Shown: positions 1 to 13,417 of the stretch, in pieces
Numbering within the stretch: position 1 is the first letter of the stretch
Layout: every line of letters begins with the position of its first letter
Origin: Chiloscyllium plagiosum
Taxonomy: Eukaryota
NCBI RefSeq assembly: GCF_004010195.1
Contig: NC_057719.1
Coordinates: forward strand, 35,538,107 to 35,561,665
Reading direction: 5' to 3'
Length of the DNA stretch: 23,559 nucleotides
The notes under the pieces: model-generated
Seen by the model: only the letters and a program-made list of their open reading frames with translations
Told to the model about the DNA's origin: nothing
Databases searched by the model: none
Position numbers and translations under genes: made by a program

Positions 1-280
1 ATTAAAAGCATCAATACAGAACTTATATTCAACTTTTACATAACACTCAATTGGAATAGTCTGTTACATTCTGGGCAAGATAGAATGTTACCAGAGATAA
101 GAAAATCCAAATATATGGAGTGACTGGGTAATGGAAACAATCTGAATCAAGCATATGAAATTTGAATTACAAGTCACTTGCCCAGAAGCAAATCAAACAA
201 AAGTACGAGAAATTCAAAAAATACAGAATATTCCAAATGTGCAAACAATGCGTATTAGATCGGCATGAGAGACTTCCTAC

Positions 281-421
281 CTCAAAGTCAATGATAGGCA
301 TGTTAGGTGTGCTTGGCAGTGGAATGGTGGTAATTCGTCTTATGTATTCACCAAGTTCTGCTCTCATCTTCAACCGTGCATCACCCGAAAGTGACCACAG
401 AATGGCATAAATTAAGTATTT
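281..421 (-). CDS. DYNC1H1: Dynein heavy chain exon 14 of 14 (141 nt); gene continues beyond the window
   Basis: actag|AAA TAC TTA ATT TAT GCC ATT CTG TGG ... GAC TTT GAG|gtagg; [47 protein letters not shown]. Confidence 0.96.
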
Positions 422-524
422 CTAGTCAAGAAACATAACATGAGCATTTTTAAAAAGATTTAGATGACAGAGTACATTTACTCATTTTCATGTAAACAAA
501 TCCAAGACCTGCAGAAGATCATAC

Positions 525-755
525 CTGGATGTATCGTTCCAACTGGTCATTTGGCATTGGAAAATCAGGATGATTAGCATTGTATAGTGCAACATTCCTG
601 CAACCTTGGTGCATCATAGAGAAGAGGGAACCAAGACATCGCAATCGGGTAAAGTCCATAATGTGTTCCATCTTGGCAGCATGCTCTACTGCTTTGATAA
701 TCAAGCCATTTGAAGTGAAGTATGGCTGTAAAACAGTTGCTGCATCTCTCTGTAT
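525..755 (-). CDS. DYNC1H1: Dynein heavy chain exon 13 of 14 (231 nt)
   Basis: tacag|ATA CAG AGA GAT ... ATC CAG|gtatg; [18 protein letters not shown]...[19 protein letters not shown]. Confidence 0.96.
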
Positions 756-2084
756 CTGTAATAAAAAGTGTTTAAACAATAACATTTGCAGCGAAAATTT
801 TGCACAAGTTTTAGAGCAATTAACCTAAGGTCTGGGAAACGTTACTGGTTAGAAAGTAAAGTGATACATTTACCACTGACAAAAAAGTTACTTAAAATGT
901 TCCTGGAAAATACTCTCAATTTAGTAAAAGAATAAAAGTATGAACAGGTTTGCAAGAAAACGTGGAAAAATACAGTTCAAGTTTTTTTGTTATTCAACAG
1001 GGAGAGATACAGTTCCACTTCCTTCGATCTAACACTAGAAGTTCACTCCAATATTCAAGAAAACTCACTCAATCACAGGGACAACTAACTGGAGAACAGC
1101 TGAACTGAAAACCTACAATTAGAGAAGTAACATCTAACAGGTTGTTTCTCATGCTGCGGCAGATCCTTCAATTACAGGCTCCTTTCCTCAGTCTTTCAAG
1201 CAGCAGGAACTGTGTCTGTAGTAGCAAAAGCAGGAGAGAGGAACTTACGATTGACTGAGCTGGAGGAGATACTTCAGTCAATCCAAAGGCTGCCATACAG
1301 CTAAGAATCACAAACTCTCAGTACTAGCTGCCTAGCAAGGGAGAATCTGTGTTTTGATAGTGTGGGCCAGGTATTATGCAGGGAACAGAGCAAATGTAAT
1401 GGCTAAGGCACTAGAATCGTGGTTAATCCACAAAATGATTTGGGGAGTACCACATCTTTCACACCATGTAACTTCATCCATTCCTAACCAATTTATTGGA
1501 GTTTATACCCGCTCAATGTTAAGCATGTCAAGAATACAGGCAACATGACAACTTCCTGTAACAAGGCAGCATTCAGGCTAGTGGCAACCTTATTTTCTTT
1601 CCACATATGGGAGGTACATAGTATAAACATGTAGTCTGAAAATTGTTTACACAGGCAACAGTCAACATCCACATTCAATTTTTACTAAGGTTTCAGGAAG
1701 CTCTTTACAAAAGGCTTTCCTACTTTAAATAACAATACTTGGAAAACATTTTTACACAAACTATTGACTCAACTAATTGCTTTGATGAATGCATAAAAAT
1801 ATGGAATGTAAAAGACTTGGAATTTATAGAATAAATTACAGGAAAAATATTTAAGTGAAAAAGATTTAGTAAGATATGCAATCTTAGTAGAAATATCACC
1901 TTCCCCCCACCAATGTCAACACAAACACACAAGTTAAGATTATTACATAACTACATCAAGTAGGGGCATTAGCAATAATGAAAAAGCAGCCCTAGAAAAA
2001 AAAAGAGTAATTCAAATGATCTGGCTCATTTTATAAAGATGCAACCTCTGCTAAATGACACGCTTAGGCAGAAAATTCAAACTA

Positions 2085-2336
<252 letters not shown>

Positions 2337-2409
2337 TCATGATCAACTTTTTGGACAAGCATAAATTCTATTCAATACAATTCTATCAATCCTTTGCAAA
2401 AATGCTTAC

Positions 2410-2566
2410 ATTTGATGGAAGGCTGAGACGCTCTCCATTGGGCAGGGTAAGCAATTTGTTATCATCGAGAACCGAATTCAAATTTTCTACCCATTCAGGA
2501 TCCACATCACCATCAAAGATGATCCACTGACGTTTCTGCAGTTCACCTCGTACATTGTCAATAATC
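2410..2566 (-). CDS. DYNC1H1: Dynein heavy chain exon 11 of 14 (157 nt), AAA2 Walker B region
   Basis: ttcag|G ATT ATT GAC ... TCA AAT|gtaag; [52 protein letters not shown]. Confidence 0.97.
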
Positions 2567-2979
2567 CTGAACAAATATATGATTTGCATAAAATTTGACA
2601 TTGTTGAAGTATACAATTTGAACATTAAACATAGTTGATACTGACTTTGTAATAAGTGGAGAAAAACAACGAGCTTCCAATGGATTGTTGAGCAACTTTA
2701 TCCACATTAGTTGAACCAAATGGACTAGGAAGTAGCCAAGTCCATTTTCCATCAGAGTTAGTGGTTTGCACCTCAACACCCATTAGAGACAGCACAGAAA
2801 ACAAAAAAAAACTTGACACATCCTTGCTGGAAGCAAATGAGAGCATGTAGGGTGTGGAGAAGCTACCCTGTTCACAATGTCACTATATCAGTGGTATTCC
2901 GCATTAAGCAGGTATGAAAGAGGTCCACTTGAGCAACCAGCACCTTGTAATCATACAAGGGAGTCAACATCTTCAGGAT

Positions 2980-4510
2980 GATAGAACTCTGTGGGAAGCT
3001 AGAAGAAAATTGATTGCTGGGCCTCTTACTGAGATATTTGTATCATCGATAATCACAGGTGAGGTGCCGAAAGACCAGAGGTTGGCTAATGTGGTGCCAC
3101 TGTTTAAGAAGGGTGGTAAGGACAAGTCAGGGAACTACAGACCAGTGAGCCTAACGTCAGTGATGGGCAAGTTGTTGGAGGGAATCCTGAGGGACAGGAT
3201 GTACATGTATTTGGAAAGGCAAGGACTGATTAGGGATAATCAACATGGCTTTGTGCATGGGAAATCATGTCTCAAACTTGATTGAATTTTTTGAAGTAGT
3301 AACCAAGAGGATTGAGGAGGGCAGAGCAGTAGATGCGATTTATGTGGACTTCAGTAAGACTTTCGATAAGATTCTCCATGGGAGACCGGTTAGCAAGGTT
3401 AGATCTCATGGAATATAGGGAGAAGTAACCATTTGGATACAGAACTGGCTCGAAGGTAGAAGACAGAGGGTGGTGGTGCAGGGTTGTTTTTCAGACTGGA
3501 GGCCTATGACCAGTGGAGTACCACAAGGATTGGTGCTGGGTTCACTATTTTTCATCACTTACATAAATAACTTGGATGTGACCATAAGAGGTATAGTTAA
3601 GTTTGCAGATGACACCAAAGTTGGAAGTGTAGTTGTCAGCGAAGGTGGTTACCTCAGATTACAACAGGATTTGGACCAGATGGGCCAATGGGCTGAGAAG
3701 TGGCAGATGGAGTTTAATTCAGAGAAATGTGAGGTGCTGCATTTTTGGAAAGCAAATCTTAGCAGGACTTATACACTTAATGGTTAAGGTCTAGAGAGTT
3801 TTGCTGAACAAAGAGACCTTGGAGTGCAGGTTCACAACTCCTTGAAAGTGGAGTCGCAGGTAGATAGGATAGTGAAGGCAGCGTTTGGTATACTTTCCTT
3901 TTTTGGTTGGAGTATTGAGTACAGGATTTGAGAGGACATGTTGCAGCTGCACAGGACATTGGTTAGACCACTGTTGGAATACTGCATGCAATTCTGGTTT
4001 CCTTCCTATTGGAAAGATGTCGTGAAACTTGAAAGGGTTCAGAAAAGATTTAAGGATGTTGCTAGGGTTGGAGGATTAGAGCTATAGCGAGAGATAGAAT
4101 AGGCAGTTTTCCCTGGAACGTCAGAGACTGAGGGGTGATCTTACCGAAGTTTATAAAATCATGAGGGGCATGGATAGGATAAATGGACAAAGTCTTTTCC
4201 CTGTGGTCGGGGAGTCCAGAACTAGAGGGCATAGGTTTAGGAGAGGGGAAAAATATGAGAGACACCTAAGGGGCAACTGTTTCACGCAGAAGGTGGTATG
4301 TATATGGAATGAGCTGCCAGAGGAAGTGGTAGAGGCTGGTACAATTGTAACATTTAAAATGCATCTGGATGGTATACGAATAGGAAGTGTTTGGAGGGAT
4401 GTGGGCTGGGTGCTGAGAGGTGGGACTAGATTGGGGTGGGATATCTGGTCGGCATAGATGTATTGGAACGAAGAGTCTGTTTCCGTGCTGTACATCTCTA
4501 CGGCTCGAAT
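2980..4510 (+). mobile_element. 5'-truncated CR1-clade LINE (HER1-like): broken RT domain plus 3' UTR
   Basis: ORF fragments ANVVPLFKKGGKDKSGNYRPVSLTSVMGKLLE, QHGFVHGKSCL, TSGVPQG, KFADDTK, WQMEFNSEKCEVLHF, FTQKVVCIWNELP with stops and frameshifts; 3' end resembles the SINE tails in this window; boundaries approximate. Confidence 0.92.
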
Positions 4511-4547
4511 AGGGAGGAAAACTGAAAAGAAAACAGTGGTCAACTTA

Positions 4548-4787
<240 letters not shown>

Positions 4788-4814
4788 CTAACGTAGAACA
4801 TGTAATTAAAGTTA

Positions 4815-5111
<297 letters not shown>

Positions 5112-5352
5112 TCAATTACTCAACATGATTGGGTGGTGTTAATATTCATGAAGCAAAGTGAACACTTAATTGATGTCAAGGTCAGAAATGCTTATTTTTC
5201 TGAAGAGAAAGTACAAAGTACAAGTATAACAACCAAAGTAAGACATTCAGAAAAGATATTTCTCAACTTCTTTGGGCTTAAAGTACGATCAAAACAAGTT
5301 ATAACATTGAAAAACACCAATCGAATATTAAGTCAGAATAGGAATGTTTATA

Positions 5353-5644
5353 TAGATTAGATTCCCTACAGTGCAGAAACAGGCCCTTTGGCCCAATCAG
5401 TCCACACCTACCCTCCAAAGAGTAACCCACCCAGACCCATTTCCCTAATGCACCTAGCACTATGGGCAATTTAGCTTCGCCAATTCACCTAACCTGCAGA
5501 TCTTTGGACTGTGGGAGGAAACCGGAGCATCCAGAGGAAACCGACACAGACAGTCGTCCGAGGCTGGAATCAAACCTGGGACCCTGGCGCTAAGAGGCAG
5601 CGGTGCTAAGAGGCAGCAGTGCTAACCACTGAGCCACCGTGCCA
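5353..5644 (-). mobile_element. tRNA-derived V-SINE (HE1-like) with internal deletion
   Basis: Reverse complement begins TGGCACGGTGGCTCAGTGGTTAGCAC (A box), contains the V-core CCGGTTTCCTCCCACAGTCCAAAGA and ends in GGGAATCTAATCTA; aligns by eye with 22883-23200; 16-bp tandem duplication near 5589-5620. Confidence 0.92.
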
Positions 5645-5669
5645 ACCTGAAGTTAACAATTTCAGGAAA

Positions 5670-5744
5670 TGCAGTCAGCAGGATTTGAACCTGCGCAGGG
5701 AACCATCTTCTAATCCATCACCTTAACCACACAGCCACAGCTGC
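5670..5744 (-). pseudogene. tRNA-Ser(AGA)-derived pseudogene
   Basis: Reverse complement GCAGCTGTGGCTGTGTGGTTAAGGTGATGGATTAGAAGATGGTTCCCTGCGCAGGTTCAAATCCTGCTGACTGCA resembles vertebrate tRNA-Ser-AGA as I recall it; the 3' anticodon stem and variable arm are partly deleted, with several CpG-type transitions. Confidence 0.8.
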
Positions 5745-5830
5745 ATGTTGTATACTGTATTTCATTTTTCTTGTACGTACACTAATCAAGATAATTTGAC
5801 AAGTAATGACAACTGCAAAGAATAACTAAC

Positions 5831-6014
5831 CTCTTGCTCAGGTAGATTCTCTGCAATTTCTGCCTCATCAACATCTTCACCACGTTCTCCTTTCTCTTTC
5901 TTTATCTTCTGAATCCTCTCTCGCTTCACATTCCCTGCACTTACCAGTACACTCTTCAGGGCACGAAGACCAAAATCATAGTGACTCTGAGATGACAGCT
6001 GTTCATCACAAAGC
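5831..6014 (-). CDS. DYNC1H1: Dynein heavy chain exon 8 of 14 (184 nt)
   Basis: ttaag|G CTT TGT GAT ... GAG CAA GAG|gttag; [32 protein letters not shown]...NLPEQE. Confidence 0.96.
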
Positions 6015-6140
6015 CTTAAAAAGTAATTTTTGAAAAAGAAATTCAGTATATGAATGTTATTGAACTGGATCAAAAAACATGTGAAATTTTCACCAAAAGA
6101 GATTCAAGGAGAAATGTCATCGTGAAGCTTAACATGCTTA

Positions 6141-6407
<267 letters not shown>

Positions 6408-6547
6408 TCAAGCTGCAAGTTCAATACTTCACACAAGAACAGGAATAGACTAGGCAGCAGTTTGAAGCTGTTACACATTCCATTAGTTCACGTCTGAACT
6501 GTTCCCTCGCTCTAAATATGAATTGAAAGAATTACGGATGATGTAAA

Positions 6548-6890
6548 TCAGAAACAAACAGAAATTGCCAGTAAAGTTCAGCAGGTCTGGCAGCATCTGT
6601 GGAAAGAAATCAGAGTAAATGTTTCAGGTTGTGAAACACTTCCTCACTCAATCTGAAATTTTAAGTGAAATCACAAACAATTGATCTCAGTGTTGTGGGG
6701 GCTGATATTCATGGAGTTTAATAAGGTGTAGGTTTTTAAGGAAATATTAAAGTTGGCAACAGTTAGGGGCCAAAAACCGAAATGGCTGGATAAGCTCTGC
6801 AAGTATGGCAGTATCTGCGGAGAGAAATCAGTAAGTGTTTTGGGTTAAGAAACACTTCCTCACTCAATCTGAAATGTTAACTCTGATTTC
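6548..6890. repeat. Two diverged tandem copies of a short repeat (about 6548-6660 and 6770-6890)
   Basis: CAGCAGGTCTGGCAGCATCTGTGGAAAGAAATCAGAG versus CTGCAAGTATGGCAGTATCTGCGGAGAGAAATCAG; both followed by GAAACACTTCCTCACTCAATCTGAAAT; the CAGCAGGTC.GGCAGCATC motif is shared with the fold-back family. Confidence 0.7.
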
Positions 6891-6959
6891 CGAGGATTCC
6901 TTTGTGATCAATTGTTTGTGATTTCATTTAAAATTTGGTTTAGACCATACTTAAGATGG

Positions 6960-7133
6960 AGAGAAAGTGAGGACTGTAGATGCTGGACAGCATGTGTCGA
7001 AAAGTGAGATGCTGGAAAAGCACAGCAGGTCAGGCAGCATCCAAGGAACAGGAGAATCGATGTTTCGGGTATTAACCCTTCTTCAGGAATTAACATCCTC
7101 TGATGTTGCCTGACATGTTGTACTTTTCCAGCG
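6960..7133. mobile_element. Short fold-back element (probably Penelope-related, non-autonomous) with 15-bp TSD
   Basis: Flanked by exact direct repeat CCATACTTAAGATGG (6945-6959, 7134-7148); starts (A)GAGAAAGTGAGGACTGTAGATGCTGGA like the 13418 copy; partial inverted arm at about 7096-7132. Confidence 0.85.
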
Positions 7134-7149
7134 CCATACTTAAGATGGT

Positions 7150-7420
7150 GTGCACTCATCCCAAATTACGTTAAAAGATTAAATAATTCTTTGCATTTAT
7201 CCCATCAGGTCAATTTATCATTTTACATAATTAGTGAGATGACTCCTCATCCTCCTGAATTCCAGGAAATACAGGCCAGATTTATAAAACCTACGCTCAT
7301 AATTCAATCTTCCAGGCCCATGCATGATCCTGGCAAATATAGACTGTACCTCTGCCAGTGCATTCCTCTATCCTAAAACAGCTTGGATAACATACGCTAA
7401 GTTGGAGAAAAAGGCTAAAA
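7150..7420 (-). mobile_element. Old, highly degenerate CR1-like fragment; its 3' end may lie at about 6430-6500
   Basis: Weak resemblance to the reverse complement of CR1 RT C-terminal DNA seen in the other copies (GAGATGACTCCTCATCCTCCTGAATTCCAGGAAATACAGGCC); no ORF support. Confidence 0.4.
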
Positions 7421-7569
7421 TGTTTCCACATCCACCGTCAGTATCTTTGCAGCAACCAAGTAGTAGTACAAGAGTATACTACTTCTATCAGCATACACAT
7501 TGTTAAATCAATTACACTTGCTCATGCAGATCAAAGGAATAGTGACCTATAAACAATGCTTTTTGCATA

Positions 7570-7880
7570 CTAGCACTGCTGCCTCACAGTGCCTGAGATC
7601 CGGTTCAATTCCCGACTCAGGCGACTGACTGTGTGGAGTTTGCACGTTCTCCCAGTGTCTGCGTGGGTTTCCTCCGGGTGCTCCGGTTTCCTCCCACAGT
7701 CCAAAGATGTGCAGGTCAGGTGAACTGGCCATGCTAAATTGCCCGTAGTGTTAGGTAAGGGGTAAATGTAGTGGTATGGGTGGGTTGCGCTTCGGCGGGT
7801 TGGTGTGGACTTGTTGGGCCGAAGGGCCTGTTCCCACACTGTAATGTAATCTAATCTATAATCTAAAAATCTAATCTAAT
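7570..7880 (+). mobile_element. V-SINE (HE1-like), slightly 5'-truncated
   Basis: B box GGTTCAATTCC; V-core GTGTCTGCGTGGGTTTCCTCCGGGTGCTCCGGTTTCCTCCCACAGTCCAAAGATGTGC; tail of AATCT repeats; nearly colinear with 22883-23200. Confidence 0.93.
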
Positions 7881-7889
7881 TTTTCATGA

Positions 7890-8160
7890 CTGGCTGGTCA
7901 ATGACAGATTGCAAGAATTCCTGTAAGCAGGATATTAAAATGGTGGTTATTGGCATTGACAACTGGGAGTCAGATGCCTGCAGAAGCAAACTGTTTGAAA
8001 AGAAGTTGACGAGCAGAACAGGAGAGATGAGCTCAGTTGTCCAAGAAAGCTCAGACAGTAAAGAGAGCAAGAAATCATGTGGCTTCTTAGCCTGACTTCC
8101 TCTACAGCAAAAGCAGCCATGACAAAGTAGGTCTCTTGAGTATCTCACGCAGCTAGCCAT
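7890..8160 (+). mobile_element. Probable RTE-clade LINE 3' remnant
   Basis: Peptide KNSCKQDIKMVVIGIDNWESDACRS resembles the RTE C-terminal motif (KD..K.DLK..GID...WE..A.DR); GTAGGTCTCTTGAGT (VGLLS) lies downstream; heavily decayed. Confidence 0.45.
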
Positions 8161-9169
8161 CTTCTTACAAGGTGACAAGTTCCTGTGCACAAAATCAAAG
8201 AAATCCAGTAGCTTGGGTGTAAGGATAAAATAACCATGAATTGCAGGAGTACATTCAGTCTTTGCATAGTCTCCTCTCTTACCCACACCCTCCCCAATCC
8301 ACTCAATCCAACATTCCCTCATCTTCAAGCAGTGTTCATTCCTCTCGACAGATATACAAAGATTTCTCTTCCTGCATTCACTTCAAATCTGCAAAGTTTC
8401 TTGTCCTCACCTATTGTAGTTTTTACTCTTTGCAGACACACTGTCAACTTCAGATTAGAAGTTAATGGAACACTTTTTTCCCTCCATCATAGCCTACAGA
8501 AGTAACTGGGATGAGGCAAGCAACCAGTCCAAACTATCAAGTTGTGGGTGTTAATTTAGTCAAACATCTGCAGGCATGCAAGACTGCAAAATCAACGGTT
8601 GCCCTAAGCTTTGCAGTCTATACTGTTCCTTTAGGCTGAACTAACTATTTCAGGATGATTCAGATTGTACAAATATTTTCACCCAGGCAAAACCCACAGC
8701 TGAGTGTCAAGCCCCACTTCCCGCTGACTCTGACCTCAATTTTCCTTTAGGCTTGTAGCTGCTAAGACCCTCATGCATATTTTGACAAAGTTAGAGTCAA
8801 TTATTGCAAAGTCCTCCTACTTTTCATTATGCTTAGAATTTTAGCCTGCAAAATATATCATGTCCTGCACTAAGTTTTACTTATTAATCGCCTTCATTGA
8901 ACAATGCTGTTTCATAACAACATAAAAATGATCTTACAATTATTCCAATGTCTTGACTCTTATCACAGCAAACTTCTCCCATGTTAGATTTCCTACATCC
9001 AAAAATATCCCAAGCCATGACTCTTGCGCATACCCTCCCTTTATCCAATTGCTGATACGAAAGCCTTCACCTGACTCAGCTCCATTCTTCATAACTACTG
9101 CCATCAAGCAGCTCATCCTCACCTATATTAAAAGAAATCATTTCAATTCAATTTTCAATGATCTCTCCC

Positions 9170-9826
9170 TACTCAAAGTTCACTGAAGAGGAAGAGAATA
9201 ACAAGGCTCCTTTCCTAGGCATCATGGTAGAATGCAAAGCAAATGGAGAGCTACAGACCAGAGTTTACAGGAAAGCCATAAACACTGACGAGATACGCAA
9301 CTACGGAAGCAATTATCCCACCATCCACAAACTAAGCTGCATCAGAATTTTATTTAAATGAGCCACAACACACTGCAGCACTGAGGAACTAAGAGAAACA
9401 GAGGGAAAAATACCTGTACAACAGGTACCTGATAAGCACAGTTCACTAATTCCCTCACAACAGACCTAAAAAAGACAACACACCCAGAAACCCCAGCCAC
9501 CCGGCCATATATTAAGGATATTCCCGAGATGACGACAAGACTATTCCAGGCCCTAGGCATCATGGTAGCCCACCAACCTACCACCACACAAATAGATCCT
9601 GATGAATTTAAAAGACCGCCCCCCCTAGCAACAACCAGCAGAACTAATGTCATATACAAAATACCCTGCAAGGACCACAACAAACATTACATTGGCAGGA
9701 AACTAGCTGCCAGGATACATGAGCACCGACTAGCCACCAAAAGACATCCAAGAACAAATCTACCAGCTCAGTGAGCAAACTTACAACCTGATCCACAATT
9801 GGAGCTACAAATCTTCTCTAAAATTG
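9170..9826 (+). mobile_element. Penelope-like element remnant (RT C-terminus, GIY-YIG endonuclease, terminal sequence)
   Basis: KFTEEEENNKAPFLGIMVE...GELQTRVYRKAINTD...SNYPTIHKLSCIRILFK is typical of the PLE RT thumb; NVIYKIPCKDHNKHYIG..RIHEH is a GIY-YIG motif; frameshifted and internally deleted. Confidence 0.88.
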
Positions 9827-10168
9827 CAAATCTCTCCCTACGTTTTAATTAAGCCTTGGCATAAATCCCCTCTAGTTTTATTTTTCTCCCTTCTCTGTAA
9901 AAGATTTTTTTGCTTTATACCTGTATTTACAAGTAGCTGTTATTGGTTTGTACTATTCTGTTTGCTGTGTCTGTTTGACAGAAGTCCAAAGATGAAGAAC
10001 AACTGAAGGCTCTGTACTTCAAAGCTGAATTCACATATGGTTAATAACAAAAATTACTTTTACACCTTGCAAGTTATGGTTAAAAAAAAATGAAGTTATT
10101 GCACTGTAGAGGAACTAATTTTGAAAGAGAATCAGGACAACAAAAAAAATCAAAAATGCATAGAATTA

Positions 10169-10333
<165 letters not shown>

Positions 10334-13300
10334 CTAAAGTTAAGAAAATAAATCAATTAGATAAGAAAAATCCAAAAAGACCAAAAGCATTTTATGAACG
10401 TTTTATATAAGGCCTGGAAGAATTTAGAATCAAACAAGATCAACAAACATTGGAGTCTTGAATGATTTTACCATTTGTTTTAGGGTCATAAAGTAACCAA
10501 CCCAAGAGGTTACTTGGTAAAAATCTTTACAATTTCAGACTCCCCTTTTCTATAACTCTTGTTTTAAGATATAACAGTTAAGACAAAATACTGTACGATA
10601 ATGATTAACTTACTGAAACAATCAATAACATCTCAACTGCTCAATACACAAACAACTTCACTACAGTGGAGCAGTATTTCAGAAGTCAGACTTCAAGCCA
10701 GTTCAATTAAAAAAAACACTTGAAAGATTTACACCACATTATTAAAACCAGTTACAGCTTTTCTTTTAAATTTAGAAATAGTTTTTTATTATATTGTTGA
10801 GAGTGTATTAGCCTTTATTTTTGTGAATTTTATATGCTCTATGCTTGGGATGTTCTGGATGAGGTTCCCTTCCTGAGGGGTCTCGGATTTGCCCGGACGA
10901 TTATGGTTGATCAATCAGTTAAGTGGTGCACCTGGAATGTCAAGGGGAGCAATTCACCAGTCAAAAAGAAAATATTATCAAACCTCAAAAAAGAAAGGGT
11001 TGATATGGCTCTCCTACAGGAGAGCCACTTATTGGATAAAGAACACTTGACAGGGTGGATTTTATCAGGGGAGTTGTTATTCTTATTCGGAAGAATTTCC
11101 CTTTCAAAATCCTAAATCAGATAAAAGACGAATCTGGATGATATATTCTGATTAAAGCCCTTATAAATGGAGAGGAAAATGGGATTTTAAAATTTGTATT
11201 GCCCCTGCCCGGCACATCCTTTTAAATTTATAACGGAAGCCTTCTCAAAATTGATGGCTCTCTGTGCTCGTCATACAATTATAGGGGGAGACTTTAATTG
11301 TATTATGGATATGGAAATAAATAGGATTCCCAAGAGTACTGCAGAAGTATCTCCCAGATCTAGACAATTGGTGGATTTGAACAAAGAATTAGGACGAGAT
11401 GATGTATGGAGATGTCTTCATCCACAGGGCAGAGATTTTTAAAATTTCATATCCTGTAAAATAGATAGTATAACAATTTCCGACCACGCTGCTGTACATA
11501 TGGAAATCAAGGCGAGGAACAACGGGACATCCCCTCGGCATTGGCGTATGGACCCCTTCCTGATGAAAGATAGTAAATTTGTAAAATACTTCTCTCAAGA
11601 ATTTAAAACTTTTTTAGAAATTTAGGTATGGCTAGCAACCCATCAATGATGTGGGAGACCATCAAAGCTTACGCGCGAAGTTTGATCATCTCATACTCAG
11701 CGACCCAGAAAAAATTAAAGGGAGAACAACAACGTCTGCTTGAAGCTCGCTTAAAAGTGGCTGAAACAGCATACGTTGATAGACCTTCTATTATCAAATT
11801 GCAAAGGATTACGGCCCTTAAGACAGCTCTAAACACCACACTTTCCCTCTTAACCGTTTGGGTAATATTATTTGCAAAACAAAGGTTATATGAATTTGGC
11901 GATAAACCTGGTAGATACTTAGCATTTCTTGCAAAGAAAAAGAAGGCCCCTCAAACTACCACGTCTATCAAGGAAAGTACGGGTATTTTGACTCATGATC
12001 ATAAAAGGATTATTGCAATCTTTAGAAAATTTTATTTTGATTTATATAAATCACAGGATTGTGAAGACAGGACTAGGAGGATGCAATCATTTTTAAAAAA
12101 TTTGACCTTTCTGGACCTAACTCCGGAACAGGTATCGGTCTTGAATGCTCCCCTAACAATCCAAGAAATACTTGACGCAATCAGACAACTTCAAAGCAGT
12201 AAGGCACCTGGCCCAAGTTGAATTCTATAAAGAGTTTACAGGAATATTGGCTGGTCCACTTATGGACATGTATAACTACTCATACAGTCAGGGCTATCTC
12301 CCGCCTTCGCTGAAAGAGACAAATATCTCTCATCCTTAAAAAAGGAAAAGGACCCAGAAGATTGCACGTCATACAGACCAATATCTTTGCTAAATGTAGA
12401 TTTTAAAATCCTCTCTAAAACATTAGCATTGAGGCTAGAAAGGGTATTGCCACATATCATAAAGGAGGATCAGACAAGGTTTATTAAGGGCCATAGATCA
12501 TCCAATAATGTTAGAAGGGTTTTGAATGTGATTCAAGCCTGCCATCAGGGAAAGATACCAGGAGTAGTAGTCTCATTAGACACGGAAAAGGCATTCGACA
12601 GGCATATTTGTTTTACACATTGGAAAGGTTTGGCGTTGATCAAATGGGTCTCAACACTGTATAGTGATCCCAAAGCAGTGGTGATTACCAATGGATTAGG
12701 CTCGGATAGCTTCAACGTGGATAGGGGCTACCGTCAGGGATGTCCTCTCTCGCCATTGCTATTTACGCTAATAATTGAACCACTAGCAGAAGCTATACAG
12801 GCTGACCCTAATATAACGGCCCTGAGGATTGGTACAAGTAAACATAAAATTACCCTTTATGCAGATGATGTTCTCCTATTCCTCAGTAATCCCCCTGATG
12901 TCCGTGCCTCGCTTAATCCAATTTATTAATACATTTAGTGCATTCTCAGGCTATAAAATTAACTTCTCAAAATCGGACGCTATGTCAATGGGTGGCCTTG
13001 CTAGTATATCCCACTTATTGGACAGATCCCACTTTCCCTTTCGGTGGTCCCTGGAGGGTTTCTTATATTTAGGCATTTTTATTACCCCAGTATTTGGTCA
13101 GTTATACAAGGCTAACTTTGTGCATTTACTGGAAAGGATAAGGCAGGACCTCCAGCGATGGGGAGACCTTCCAATTTCCTGGCTAGGCAGAATAGCACTA
13201 ATTAAAATGAATGTCCTGCCCCATCTCCTATACCTTACGAGGATGCTTCCGGTGATGCTGCAGAGGCTGGCACTACATAAATTATATGGCTGATTGGATT

Positions 13301-13417
13301 CCTTTATCTGGAATCATAGACAGCCCCTCATTAAGCTAAAGAAGCTACAGCTGCCAGAGGCAAGGGGAGGATTGGATTCCCCAGATTTTAGGAAATATCA
13401 GTTAAGTTCCTATTGGG

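Noticed and set aside
7547..7839. ORFs MASSPDLHIFG... and MWEQALRPNK..., and the similar 22693-23172 ORF
   Set aside because: They are translations of SINE sequence, not genes.
8581..8619. Small hairpin AGACTGCAAA ... TTTGCAGTCT
   Set aside because: The arms are only 10 bp, with no TSD or family context, so chance is sufficient.
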